64,000 nt of DNA, taken from IMG/VR virus record IMGVR_UViG_3300036713_000599, one strand, 5' to 3'. The translations under genes and the position numbers were made by a program. Under the pieces are notes generated by a model. That model saw only the letters and a list, made by a program, of their open reading frames with translations. It was not told where the DNA came from and did no database searches. Shown one piece after another: positions 1 through 9,536 of this stretch (the first letter of the stretch is position 1; each line of letters opens with the position of its first letter). Source of the stretch: a virus. Lineage: Duplodnaviria; Caudoviricetes.

Positions 1-746
1 CCACTGAGAGGAGCGGGGAATTTATTGTCTGTCCGAACACAGGCGAGTGCCCTGCTCAAGTCGAGGGCCGCATTCGACAGTGGATCAAGGAGCTAGGTAT
101 TCTTGAATGGGGTCCGACTCTGGTGTCGAGGGCCGTATCCACAGGTTTAGTTAAGTCAGTTCCCGATCTGTATAGGCTCCACCAGCGGCAGGTACAGGAC
201 TTAGAGAGAATGGGCGCTGCGTCTGCGAAAAAGGCCGTTGAGCAGCTTTGGGTGGTCACACCTCTACCACTGGAGCAGCTCATGGGCGCTCTTGCGGTGC
301 CTTTGTGTGCCACGAGTACGATGCAGCTTCTTGTTGACGCAGGGTACGACACTGTACACAAACTAAAGTCTGTTCGAATTTTGGATCTGGAGAACATTCC
401 CGGCTTTGGTCCTAAGAGAGCACAATCCTTTAGAAGATGGTTAGATAGTAACGAGGCCGTGTTGGACGACTTGGTTGAATTAGTTGGGGTCAAGGAGCGG
501 CCTGTGGGCGCCCTTACAGGTAAGACTGTCTGCTTTACAGGGGCGTCTTCGGTGAAGCGGTCCGACCTCATACGGTTGGCTGAGGAGGCAGGAGGGACTG
601 TCAAGAAGAGTGTGGTCAAAGGCCTGACTTATCTCGTCATGGCAGATCCAAGTTCTAACTCGTCCAAAGCAAAAGCCGCACGTAAGAACAAAACTGAGTG
701 TATTTCGGAAGAAGGTTTTCTGGAGATCGTGGGGACCAATGGCTAA
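1..746 (+). CDS. ligA: NAD-dependent DNA ligase, C-terminal part (5' end outside window)
   Basis: The frame of ORF 123..746 is open from base 3: GEFIVCPNTGECPAQ (Zn-finger end), HhH repeats (ENIPGFGPKRA), and a C-terminal BRCT domain (LTGKTVCFTG...GGTVKKSVVKGLTYLV...KAKAARK...ISEEGF). Confidence 0.93.
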   Translation, partial: TERSGEFIVCPNTGECPAQVEGRIRQWIKELGILEWGPTLVSRAVSTGLVKSVPDLYRLHQRQVQDLERMGAASAKKAVEQLWVVTPLPLEQLMGALAVPLCATSTMQLLVDAGYDTVHKLKSVRILDLENIPGFGPKRAQSFRRWLDSNEAVLDDLVELVGVKERPVGALTGKTVCFTGASSVKRSDLIRLAEEAGGTVKKSVVKGLTYLVMADPSSNSSKAKAARKNKTECISEEGFLEIVGTNG

Positions 747-2892
747 TCTGGAGACAATTGATGGTAGGATCCGAAAGGTGATTTTCCAGAGCGGTGATTT
801 TTACATTCTCTCATTTTTCTCTGAGGACATGGGTGAGCTGGTAGCGAAGGGTAATATTTTTGGCCTAGTTCGTGTTGTATCTGATATCACCATTCGGCTT
901 ATCGGTAAATGGGTGCGTCATCCGAAGTACGGTCGCCAATTGTTGATCCGAAACTGGGAGCCTTGGGCAAGGTACCCACAAGAAGTCCGGTACTTCTTGT
1001 GGAACTGTGTAGACGGCTTCAGTGATTCCGAGGTTTTGCGGAATATTAGCAAGAAGGGCCCTGAGGCCTTCCAGACGCTCACTGAAACGCCAAATGCGTT
1101 ATTGGACGCCCAACCACCCATTGGTGAGCCTCGGGCTGTTCAGGCGGCCATTCTAGGTTGGGGCGGGGCATTGTCTACAAGGAACCTGTCGACTCTCCTC
1201 CAGGCGGGTGGTGTCCGGGGGGACGAGATTCAGCTCGCCATGGCTAGGTTTGGGCAGAACACCGCGTCAGTTATTAAGGAAAATCCTTACCGTCTTTTGG
1301 AGGTCATGGATGACTTTTCGAGAGTCGACAAACTGGCGATGAAGCTCGGCTTTAGTATGGGTTCTCCGGAGAGGCTCCAGGGTGGGATCCTTTTAGCCCT
1401 CCGTGAGCGTTCGAAACAAGGCCACCTCTTTTTACGTCGGGGGGAACTCAAGGAGATTGTGCCGGCAGTTTTCTCTGGGTACAACCTGATCCCTCCTAGG
1501 GGGGACTACCGGGAGGCGATCAAGAAGCTTGTTGAGTCTAAGGGTGTGGTATTGGAGCCCGGGGTAGGTATTTATCTTGACAGTCTGCATTTCTATGAAA
1601 GGGAATCGGCTGCACGTATCCGAGATGTTCTGAAAGAGGAAAAGGGTGATCTTAGAATCAACATCCAAAGCTTCATCGCAGACTACGAGCGGTCCAATAG
1701 GATGTCGTTGTCGGATGCTCAGAAGGAGGCCGTTGAAAAGCTGGATCGGAACAGAATCCTCGTCCTTACAGGCCTCCCTGGCACCGGGAAAACAACCTGT
1801 GTCCGGAGCATTGTGCGTCTGTTTGAGACCACAGGGTTGACTTTCACGCTTATGGCCCCCACGGGTATTGCTGCGAAACGTCTCTCCTCTGTGACAGGGC
1901 AGCCTGCATCGACTATTCACAGGGCCTTGCGGTACGACGGTAGTTCTTGGGGCCATAATTCGGACAACAGGTATGTTGTTGACGCTGTCATCGTTGACGA
2001 GATGAGCATGGTGGACCAGGAATTGTTTTATCGGCTCCTGTCCGCACTTCGTCCCGATACATATTTGGTTCTTGTCGGCGACGACGCCCAGCTCCCTTCT
2101 GTGGGGCCCGGGAATGTGTTGAGAGAACTGGTGGCTTGCGAGGACGTGCCGAATGTGAGGCTTACTCAGATTTTTCGGCAATCCGAGAAGGGAGAGATCG
2201 TTAAGAACTCTCACCTCATCAATAAGGGGGAAATGCCGGTCCTCCAAGGACCTAAGGATAAAACGGAGTTCCATTTTGTCCCTATGGACGACGAGGACAG
2301 AATCCTTTCTTTTGTTGTTGCTATGGCTTCGAAGCTCAAGTCCCGTAACGACAACTTCCAGGTTCTTAGTCCGAAATACGAAGGACGTGTAGGTGTCAAC
2401 ACGCTCAATGAGAGGCTTCGGGATAAGCTTAATCCCAGAGGACCCAGGGAGTGGAAGCAGGGTGAGCAGCATTTTCGTACTGGTGACAGGGTCATGGTCA
2501 TTCAGAATGACTACGATCTTGGTGTCTATAACGGGGACATGGGCAAGCTCGTGAGTATTAGTCGCGAAAGCCTGTCCGTTCGTATACACGGGCTAGGAGA
2601 GAATGACCTAGACACAGAGATCACTTTTACGTATCGTGCGGCCGAACAAAAGCTTCGCCTCGCCTACGCGATCAGTGTTCATAAGTCCCAAGGCAGTGAA
2701 TTCAACCACATTGTACTACCGATCACACGGAGTCAGGGTAGGATGCTTCAACGGAACCTGTTGTACACTGCGGTCACTCGTGCACGCAAATCTGTGTGGC
2801 TTATCGGAAGCTCCTCTGCTGTCCAGATAGCCATTGACAACAATAAGGTTGTTCGAAGAAATACCGTCCTCCGGGATCTCATCTCGGTGTAG
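739..2892 (+). CDS. recD2: RecD2-like SF1B helicase
   Basis: N-terminal OB/HhH region (IKENPYRL), Walker A GLPGTGKT, APTGIAAKRL, STIHRAL, VDEMSMVD, LVGDDAQLPSVGPG, LAYAISVHKSQGSEF, NLLYTAVTRA. Confidence 0.95.
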   Translation: MANLETIDGRIRKVIFQSGDFYILSFFSEDMGELVAKGNIFGLVRVVSDITIRLIGKWVRHPKYGRQLLIRNWEPWARYPQEVRYFLWNCVDGFSDSEVLRNISKKGPEAFQTLTETPNALLDAQPPIGEPRAVQAAILGWGGALSTRNLSTLLQAGGVRGDEIQLAMARFGQNTASVIKENPYRLLEVMDDFSRVDKLAMKLGFSMGSPERLQGGILLALRERSKQGHLFLRRGELKEIVPAVFSGYNLIPPRGDYREAIKKLVESKGVVLEPGVGIYLDSLHFYERESAARIRDVLKEEKGDLRINIQSFIADYERSNRMSLSDAQKEAVEKLDRNRILVLTGLPGTGKTTCVRSIVRLFETTGLTFTLMAPTGIAAKRLSSVTGQPASTIHRALRYDGSSWGHNSDNRYVVDAVIVDEMSMVDQELFYRLLSALRPDTYLVLVGDDAQLPSVGPGNVLRELVACEDVPNVRLTQIFRQSEKGEIVKNSHLINKGEMPVLQGPKDKTEFHFVPMDDEDRILSFVVAMASKLKSRNDNFQVLSPKYEGRVGVNTLNERLRDKLNPRGPREWKQGEQHFRTGDRVMVIQNDYDLGVYNGDMGKLVSISRESLSVRIHGLGENDLDTEITFTYRAAEQKLRLAYAISVHKSQGSEFNHIVLPITRSQGRMLQRNLLYTAVTRARKSVWLIGSSSAVQIAIDNNKVVRRNTVLRDLISV

Positions 2893-2901
2893 ACTTGGTT
2901 C

Positions 2902-3255
2902 ATGTCAAGTAAGTTGACCCCTGAACAAGAGTCTAGGATCAAGAATCTTAGTGAAAGTATTTCAGAAGAAAAGCTAACTGTTGGTTTTTCTATCGAAAAT
3001 CGAGACACTAGGGGTTCGAAGAAGTGGTGTATGGTGTCTCGTACGATTAGTCTACGAGACAAGGGGTACACCTTTGGGGACTCTCGAATCCTTTCGTGCC
3101 TTTTGGGTAAACGTGTGACGGCTGAGGTTCTTCGTGATGCTGTGGTCCGAGGCCTCCTTTCTGGAGGCGAGGCTAAAGCGGAACTAGAGAGCGCTTTTTT
3201 GAAGTACGACACAGACATTGCAAGGTTTATGGGCGAGGAACATGGATCCAAATAG
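2902..3255 (+). CDS. Hypothetical protein
   Basis: 117-aa ORF filling the gap between recD2 and the next gene in the operon orientation; no recognisable motif. Confidence 0.6.
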   Translation: MSSKLTPEQESRIKNLSESISEEKLTVGFSIENRDTRGSKKWCMVSRTISLRDKGYTFGDSRILSCLLGKRVTAEVLRDAVVRGLLSGGEAKAELESAFLKYDTDIARFMGEEHGSK

Positions 3256-4279
3256 AGTCAGACAGATCCTGGATCGGTTGCCGCAGCTTGTGGTTGAACT
3301 TGACCCTGACCCTGTGACAAGAGGTCCGGCCCATCTTCAGAAGGCTATTTTCACCACACGGTCCTACCTCAATGAGACAGGTGTTCTGATCCAAGAAGTT
3401 CTGAGGTACTTGGGTGGGCTGGAAGGTGAGCTGGATGCCAGAGAGACACTTTTTCAGATTCGTTCGGATGAGCTAATGGCTGAGGACGACAGAGTCACAA
3501 GTCGTCCGTCTATTCGTGATCGAGAGGCTATGATCAATGTTATTGAGCGGGAGGCCAGGGCTGAGATTTTAAGGCTACGTCAACGTGTGCGCGAGGTACA
3601 GTCTATTGAGAAGGCCGTTCGGCACCGACACCGGGAACTGGAACACACAATGTCAGCCATACGGCTTCAGCGTGGTTTGATCCAGACTGAGGTGAAGACC
3701 GGCTCTTTTTATGGCGATGAATCGAACCCAGAGAACGGTACCTGGAGCCACAAGCAACCTAAGAAGGAACCGGAGTTGGACGAGTCTTCTTTGGAGAAGA
3801 TCTTCAACTCTACACTGGAGGAGGATTCCCCAGGAGACAAGGAGTCTGTTTTAGGGGCTAACGATCTTACGATTCTTGATCGTGATCGGCGCAGAAAAGG
3901 TTCTTTTGCAGAAAGGCCTGTGGCTGAGGCACCTTCTCAAGGAGAACACAGGGGGAGTCTTATCGACTTTCTGGATAAGGTTGATCTTGGAGACGACGTC
4001 AGTCTTGAGGACGATCCTCTGCCTGCACCTAGTGAGAACAAGAAAAGTACCAAGAAAAAAGAATCTAAGTCTAGTCTTGTTCAGCAGGATCTGGGTCAGT
4101 TTGACAGTGATGCGACTCTGGGTATGGGGGAGGATGTTTTGGAGGAGGTGTCCGAAAAATCTCTTGGAGACGGCAAGACATTTGATACAGAAGAGGTGGA
4201 TCAGGACATCGTTAACTTTCTTGATAGCGACGACGACGACGATGACGTGGACTTGTTGAACATTTTTGACGAAATCTAG
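3242..4279 (+). CDS. Coiled-coil protein with long acidic tail (possibly UvsY-like recombination mediator)
   Basis: ATG at 3242 follows a GAGGA SD. Helical/heptad N-half, D/E-rich C-half ending DDDDDDVDLLNIFDEI. The function is inferred from context only (upstream of SSB and RecA). Confidence 0.5.
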   Translation: MDPNRVRQILDRLPQLVVELDPDPVTRGPAHLQKAIFTTRSYLNETGVLIQEVLRYLGGLEGELDARETLFQIRSDELMAEDDRVTSRPSIRDREAMINVIEREARAEILRLRQRVREVQSIEKAVRHRHRELEHTMSAIRLQRGLIQTEVKTGSFYGDESNPENGTWSHKQPKKEPELDESSLEKIFNSTLEEDSPGDKESVLGANDLTILDRDRRRKGSFAERPVAEAPSQGEHRGSLIDFLDKVDLGDDVSLEDDPLPAPSENKKSTKKKESKSSLVQQDLGQFDSDATLGMGEDVLEEVSEKSLGDGKTFDTEEVDQDIVNFLDSDDDDDDVDLLNIFDEI

Positions 4280-4370
4280 TCGGAATTGGTGTATCTAGAC
4301 AGAGTCCTTGTTTGCGTGGCCCATCCCACGGACATTTGTTGGGCCGCACAACCTTCACATGGAGAGAAAA

Positions 4371-5219
4371 ATGACTGACGACGACATTTTTGGCGGTTAC
4401 GGGGAAGACGTGGGTCTTGGAGAGGAAGACAGGAAGTACGCGAAATCTGACAGGAAAGAAAGGTTCAAGGGCGAGAAAGATCGTACGTATCGAGTAGCTT
4501 TCGTGTATTTTCACCCGATTAATATCACAGCCATGAGATCGGCCAAGAAGAAGGATCCTGGTATTTCTGGCGAAGACTTGTGCAAGATTGGTGAAGATGC
4601 GCTGAAGAAACGTGCTGAGAGCCTGAACAAGTCCGTCGATGAGCTGGAGGACTGGGAGGTGCTGGATACGAGCCAGATTCAGTTCCGTAAGGTAGTAGCC
4701 CACTACAAGGAGGGTGTGGGCTACGCGGTGTCTAGGTTGGGGCTCGACGGCAAAGAGGCCGATAAGGTTTGGGAGCAGATGGGCGATCCCAAGACGTATT
4801 TCACCACTGTCCTGTTAATTTACCCCACCAACAAGGACGGGGACCTGGACAAGAGTCGCCTTAAGGATGGTTGGGACGTAAAGCCTTGGCGTTTCCCTCC
4901 TCGTATCTACGGTCGTCTACACAAGGTCGCCGAAGGGCTTAGATCGAATGGCCTGAGCGTCGCCTCCCAGGATATTCTGCTCACGTGCGAAAATACGGAG
5001 TACCAGAACTTCCAGCTGGATGGGGCCGGCAAGGCTTTGTGGGTCAAGAATGAGAAATTCAGGGACATGGTTTTGGAGGCGGCCTGTGGTTTGTACAAGG
5101 AACTCCAACCTTTCAGAGAAATGTCTACCGCGGATCTGAAGATCAAGCTAGGTATCAACGATTCTGTCGGAGAAGACGTCTCGGACGAAGACTTCTCTGA
5201 CATGTTGGATAACGTGTAG
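4371..5219 (+). CDS. Putative gp32-like single-stranded DNA-binding protein
   Basis: ATG at 4371 after GGAGA. ERFKGEKDRTYRVAF resembles the N-terminus of gp32-like SSBs; acidic tip DEDFSDMLDNV; lies next to the RuvC-like and RecA genes. Confidence 0.55.
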   Translation: MTDDDIFGGYGEDVGLGEEDRKYAKSDRKERFKGEKDRTYRVAFVYFHPINITAMRSAKKKDPGISGEDLCKIGEDALKKRAESLNKSVDELEDWEVLDTSQIQFRKVVAHYKEGVGYAVSRLGLDGKEADKVWEQMGDPKTYFTTVLLIYPTNKDGDLDKSRLKDGWDVKPWRFPPRIYGRLHKVAEGLRSNGLSVASQDILLTCENTEYQNFQLDGAGKALWVKNEKFRDMVLEAACGLYKELQPFREMSTADLKIKLGINDSVGEDVSDEDFSDMLDNV

Positions 5220-5220
5220 C

Positions 5221-5895
5221 GTGATTTCTCTTGGCCTTGACCCGAGTCTGACCGGCTTCGGTTGGTGTGTGCACAGGTCGGATGTTGTCGGTCCAGCTCG
5301 GGTCATCGCCAAAGGAGTGTGGGCTACGCCTGCGAGCCAGGTGTTTGTCTGGCGGTACATGTTCCTGCGGGATTCTGTGGACAAACTCGTGGGCACGTAT
5401 CCTGAAATTGATGGTGTTGGGGTAGAGTCTCCACCTTTCGGAGAGATGTGGAGCGAAGGCCTCTATGGGCTTTTCCTGTATGTCGTAGAAGCGCTTTTTG
5501 TGCGGAGAAAAGATGTAGTATTTTTCGACCCCCAGACACTAAAGCGTCTTGCTAAGATGGATCCGAAGGTTCGGAAAGGTACGATGGATAAGCGGGATAT
5601 GGTTGAGGCAGCTAAAGCGGACACTCAGGTGAAGCGGTGGAACCACAATGAGGCTGACGCGTACCTACTTGCTCGATCAGCAGCCCGTTTCTGGGAATAC
5701 CAGCGTGGCTTGTTGGGCCACGAGGAACTAACACCTTCTGAGGCTCTCACGTTCTGTAGAAGTCGCGTGTTCCAAAAAGGGCCGCGTGCCGGAACTGTGG
5801 AAAAGAGAGGGTTAATTTTCAAGGAGGACGACCGATTTTTTCGGTTCTCGGTCCTCGATCCAAATGATGTTCTGACTGGAGTTCGTTTCGAGTAG
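5221..5895 (+). CDS. ruvC: RuvC-like Holliday junction resolvase
   Basis: RNase H-fold acidic motifs ISLGLDPSLTGFGW, VGVESP and HNEADAYLLA. Confidence 0.8.
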   Translation: MISLGLDPSLTGFGWCVHRSDVVGPARVIAKGVWATPASQVFVWRYMFLRDSVDKLVGTYPEIDGVGVESPPFGEMWSEGLYGLFLYVVEALFVRRKDVVFFDPQTLKRLAKMDPKVRKGTMDKRDMVEAAKADTQVKRWNHNEADAYLLARSAARFWEYQRGLLGHEELTPSEALTFCRSRVFQKGPRAGTVEKRGLIFKEDDRFFRFSVLDPNDVLTGVRFE

Positions 5896-5919
5896 AAAGG
5901 AACGACCAGAGAGGTTTAC

Positions 5920-7329
5920 ATGAATCCTCCTAAGAAGGCTCCTGTTAAGAAGGCGGCCACGACGGCTCTCGCCAAAAAGACGGTGAGTACGAAGGTCGCC
6001 AAGAAGGTTAATAAGAAGTCGGAAGGGTTGATGGCTGTTATCCAGGCGTCCATCCTCAAGGACACTGGAGAGAAGCCCGTAAAGGCGTCATACAACACTC
6101 CGACACCTCACGTACCGTCAGGGAACTTGTTCCTTGACCACACTATTGGCGGTTCTCTCACTCTCGACGGCAAACATCGTGTCTGCCCTGGATACCCTAG
6201 ACGTCGGGTGACTGAGATATTCGGGGACGCCGGGTCTGGTAAGACAACGACAGCCCTTCAGGCTGTTGCGGAGGTCCAGAGACTTGGCGGTACCGCGATG
6301 TTTTTGGACTTTGAGCAAGCCATTGATCACAAATACGCGAAAGCGATCGGGGTCAAGTTTGATCAGTCTAAGCTCCTTCTCTACGGTCCTCGGACTTTGG
6401 AAGAGGGGTTCAAAATGATGTTCTTTGGTATCATGGGTGGTGTCGATCTGATTGTGATCGACTCTGTGGCCGCCATGACTCCCAAGAAGGAGTTGGAGAG
6501 AGATATCGATGACGAAGACCTCGTGGGTATCCAGGCTAAGAGGATCTCCACCTTGATGAAACGTGTGATCAATTCATGGTTACACGATCCTGCTGCGGTT
6601 AAGAGAAACGCGGAAGGTACTGCCATTCTCTGTATAAATCAGGAACGCAGTGCCATCGGAGGTATGGGTTCTAGCAAAAATACGGCAGGCGGTAAGGCCC
6701 TGAAGTACTACGCGTCCGTTCGTATGAACCTGTACAAGAAATCCGTAGAGTATGTGGAAAAGACGGACCCTCTCACAGGCAAAAAAAAGAAGTTTCCGTT
6801 CGGGACGCACACTGTTTGCAAAATGGTCAAAAACAAGATGGATTCTCGCCAGGGTCAGGAAGCCGAGTTATTCATCCGCTATGGTCACGGTATCGATGAG
6901 CATTACTCGGTCATTGCTGCTGCAACCAGCCATGGCATCGTGAAGAAGAAGACGGGTGGTATCTTTGATTACGGCCAGACGTCCATTCGCGGCCGGGAGA
7001 AGTTTCGTCTGTGGCTCAAGGAACATCCTCAGACTTTCCAGAAAATCAAGGAGGACGTCCTCAAGGCATTGGATGCGGCGGTCAGAGAGGTGGATTCAGT
7101 GGATGAGGACGAAGACGAGGACGACCTCACTTTGATGGCTGTCAAGGAGTTTGGTGAGGAGGATTCTGGAGACTACTCGGACACAGCGGAAGAGGAACGG
7201 GAGCCTGAGCAGGAGGTGACTCTTGATCCTGAGGAGATCGGTCCGGAGGAACCAGAGGACGATGCTCCCGGTACCATTGAACCACCAAAGGACGTCAGTG
7301 AGACATCTGGCGGTTTGAACGATGATTGA
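5920..7329 (+). CDS. recA: RecA recombinase with K/A-rich N-terminal tail and acidic C-terminal tail
   Basis: HVPSGNLFLD, RVTEIFGDAGSGKTT (Walker A), FLDFEQAID, LIVIDSVAAMTPKKE (Walker B), INQER, TAGGKALKYYASVR, VKNKM. Confidence 0.95.
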   Translation: MNPPKKAPVKKAATTALAKKTVSTKVAKKVNKKSEGLMAVIQASILKDTGEKPVKASYNTPTPHVPSGNLFLDHTIGGSLTLDGKHRVCPGYPRRRVTEIFGDAGSGKTTTALQAVAEVQRLGGTAMFLDFEQAIDHKYAKAIGVKFDQSKLLLYGPRTLEEGFKMMFFGIMGGVDLIVIDSVAAMTPKKELERDIDDEDLVGIQAKRISTLMKRVINSWLHDPAAVKRNAEGTAILCINQERSAIGGMGSSKNTAGGKALKYYASVRMNLYKKSVEYVEKTDPLTGKKKKFPFGTHTVCKMVKNKMDSRQGQEAELFIRYGHGIDEHYSVIAAATSHGIVKKKTGGIFDYGQTSIRGREKFRLWLKEHPQTFQKIKEDVLKALDAAVREVDSVDEDEDEDDLTLMAVKEFGEEDSGDYSDTAEEEREPEQEVTLDPEEIGPEEPEDDAPGTIEPPKDVSETSGGLNDD

Positions 7330-8560
7330 GTTCGAGATCAGAAATTTTCAGTCGATCAAACATACTCGGCTGAAAGTGGAGGGATTTCTCGCCCTTACCG
7401 GCCCTTCGAATATCGGTAAGAGTGCCATCATTCGAGCAATTCGGTGTTGTCTCACAGGTGCCGCGGGCACTGACTTTGTTCGACATGGGCCGGACTGTCC
7501 TCGTAGGAGAGGTAGGAAGAAGTGTAAGTGCTATGCTTCGGTGAGCATCAAGTTACCTGGTATGGTGGTGTTGTGGGAGAAAGGGGATGCAGTCAACCAG
7601 TACAAGGTGTGGAGGGGTGAGGCCTCTGAGCCTGAGGTCTTCAGTGCTGTGAATCGAGGGGCTCCTGAATTTCTTAGCCCAATGTTCGAGCCCGTTAAGA
7701 TCGGGGATAAACGGGAACTGGTGCAGGTAGCGGAACAGTTTGAGCCAATTTTTCTCTTGAAGCATAGCGGCAATACAGTTGCTGATGTCTTGAGTGATGT
7801 CGCCAACCTCGACGAAATTAATAAGGCGATGTCGTTGGCAACTAAGGATAGAAAGAATGCCGTAAGTACACGCAAGATCCGAGAAAAGGACATGGCTCGT
7901 CTTGACCAGGATCTAGTGAAGTATAAGGGCCTGGACGGAGTCGTACAGCGTGGGATTGAAGTGGAGGCACGCTACGGGGCCATAGAAGTGGCCCAGAATA
8001 AGCTTTTGGAGCTGGACAGGTATCGGAGCGTCTTAGGCAAGGTACTGCTTTCTGTTCAGGCTCTGAGCGACGCTACTAAGCCGCCTGTACCTGATGCCTC
8101 GAAGGTGCGGGAGGCTGCTTCTAGAGCAGCCGATTCCGACAGGTTTCTACAAAAGCTCCGTTCCATGGCTCCTGAAGTCCGTAGACTTAAAAACATCGGT
8201 CAGGTCAGGGACGTCGAAAGCAAACCTCTTCGTGAGGCGTATACCAGATTGGCCCAGCTAGACGGATGGGTCCAGAGGCTTCGGTCGTTCAAGAAAAATT
8301 CTTCTGAGATTGAAATGGTTCGACAAAAGATTGTACCGGACAAGAAATTTGTTGAAGAGGCCCTTGTTCGTCTGAAAAAAGTCGATTCTCTTTTGAGGAG
8401 GCATACTTCCGTTCAGGAGGAGATTTCCAGGCTGGGGGCGGAACTGAAGACAACCTTGGAGAGAGAGCAGGCCATAGTTCAAGAGTTTCGTGATATGGGA
8501 GTATGCCCTGCTTGCTCGCAGCCTGTCACAGCTGACCATTGCTTGAACCTTGGGGGTTGA
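7322..8560 (+). CDS. sbcC: SbcC/Rad50-like ATPase, N-terminal half (Walker A, coiled coil, CxxC hook)
   Basis: IRNFQSIKH...LTGPSNIGKSAIIRAI, a long coiled coil, and a terminal CPACSQ; no signature or Walker B motif. Confidence 0.8.
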   Translation: MIEFEIRNFQSIKHTRLKVEGFLALTGPSNIGKSAIIRAIRCCLTGAAGTDFVRHGPDCPRRRGRKKCKCYASVSIKLPGMVVLWEKGDAVNQYKVWRGEASEPEVFSAVNRGAPEFLSPMFEPVKIGDKRELVQVAEQFEPIFLLKHSGNTVADVLSDVANLDEINKAMSLATKDRKNAVSTRKIREKDMARLDQDLVKYKGLDGVVQRGIEVEARYGAIEVAQNKLLELDRYRSVLGKVLLSVQALSDATKPPVPDASKVREAASRAADSDRFLQKLRSMAPEVRRLKNIGQVRDVESKPLREAYTRLAQLDGWVQRLRSFKKNSSEIEMVRQKIVPDKKFVEEALVRLKKVDSLLRRHTSVQEEISRLGAELKTTLEREQAIVQEFRDMGVCPACSQPVTADHCLNLGG

Positions 8561-8561
8561 C

Positions 8562-9536
8562 ATGGGTCGCCTGTCCTTCATTTTCCGTACCGACGTACAC
8601 GTAGCTGACCGAAATCCTGACTCGTGGAAGGCTGATTACCCTGCGGAGGTGTGGTCAAGTTTGGAACAGATCGGGGATTTGGCTAGAAAATACAAGACGG
8701 ACGCCGTCCTTGATGGAGGGGACTTCTTTCATGTCAAGGCTTCAACTCGCAACAGCCATGGTTTGGTGGCTCGGGCAGCGTCGATCCATTCAGCTTATCC
8801 TTGTCCTGTCTACCTGAACATTGGTAACCATGATGTGGCGTACAATAACCTGGATACTCTTGAACGACAACCACTCCAGGTGTTGTTTGCGGCTGGTGTT
8901 TTTCAGAGGATGTCTGACAACACTTTTGAGAGCGGCGGGACCAGGGTTCGAGTAGTAGGGTTCCCGTATAATCCTGCGAGGGCTGTAGACGACTTCAAGT
9001 CCGTAGAACGAGGGGACGAAGATGTCTTGATTTTCGTAATACATGCTCTAGCCACTGAAAAAGTATCCTCGCCCGAGGACTCGAAAGACTTCTTTGGTGA
9101 GGCTGTTTTTGAGTACAAGGACTTCGTTTACGAAGGTGGCCCAGACGTCGCCTGTTTTGGGCATTGGCACAAGGATCAGGGAGTGGTTCGAATTGACGAC
9201 CGTTATTTCGTCAATCCTGGTGCTGTGTCACGGGGCTCTTTGAACAACGAGAACCTGAAACGTGTGCCCCAGGTAGCCCTCATAGAGATAGAAGATGGGA
9301 AAGTGTCTGTCGGGACTATCCCGCTTCGAGTGTCTCCGGCCAAGGATGTCTTTGACCTGGTTCGGAAACAGAGACGGGAGCAGGAGGGGGCTATCATCAC
9401 TCAGTTCGTGGAGCGTCTTCAGAAGGAGATGGGCGCTTCTTCTGATGGGGACGTGACCAAGACGATCGAGGGATTAGGCTTTGCTCCGGAAGTCCGTAAC
9501 CGTGCTTTGGGTTATCTGGAGAAGGCGAGGAAGTAG
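8562..9536 (+). CDS. sbcD: SbcD/Mre11-like metallophosphoesterase nuclease
   Basis: Motifs TDVH, GGDFFH, GNHD, GHWH and NPGAVSRGS. Confidence 0.88.
   Translation: MGRLSFIFRTDVHVADRNPDSWKADYPAEVWSSLEQIGDLARKYKTDAVLDGGDFFHVKASTRNSHGLVARAASIHSAYPCPVYLNIGNHDVAYNNLDTLERQPLQVLFAAGVFQRMSDNTFESGGTRVRVVGFPYNPARAVDDFKSVERGDEDVLIFVIHALATEKVSSPEDSKDFFGEAVFEYKDFVYEGGPDVACFGHWHKDQGVVRIDDRYFVNPGAVSRGSLNNENLKRVPQVALIEIEDGKVSVGTIPLRVSPAKDVFDLVRKQRREQEGAIITQFVERLQKEMGASSDGDVTKTIEGLGFAPEVRNRALGYLEKARK

Noticed and set aside
1432-2589. 385-aa minus-strand ORF, and similar antisense ORFs (31895-32611, 35003-35731, 36596-37168, 54134-54778)
   Set aside because: They lie entirely opposite well-supported + strand genes, with no motifs or SD; shadow frames from codon bias.
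6781-6788. A8 run in recA as a frameshift or phase-variation site
   Set aside because: It encodes GKKKKF in frame, and RecA motifs continue downstream without a shift.
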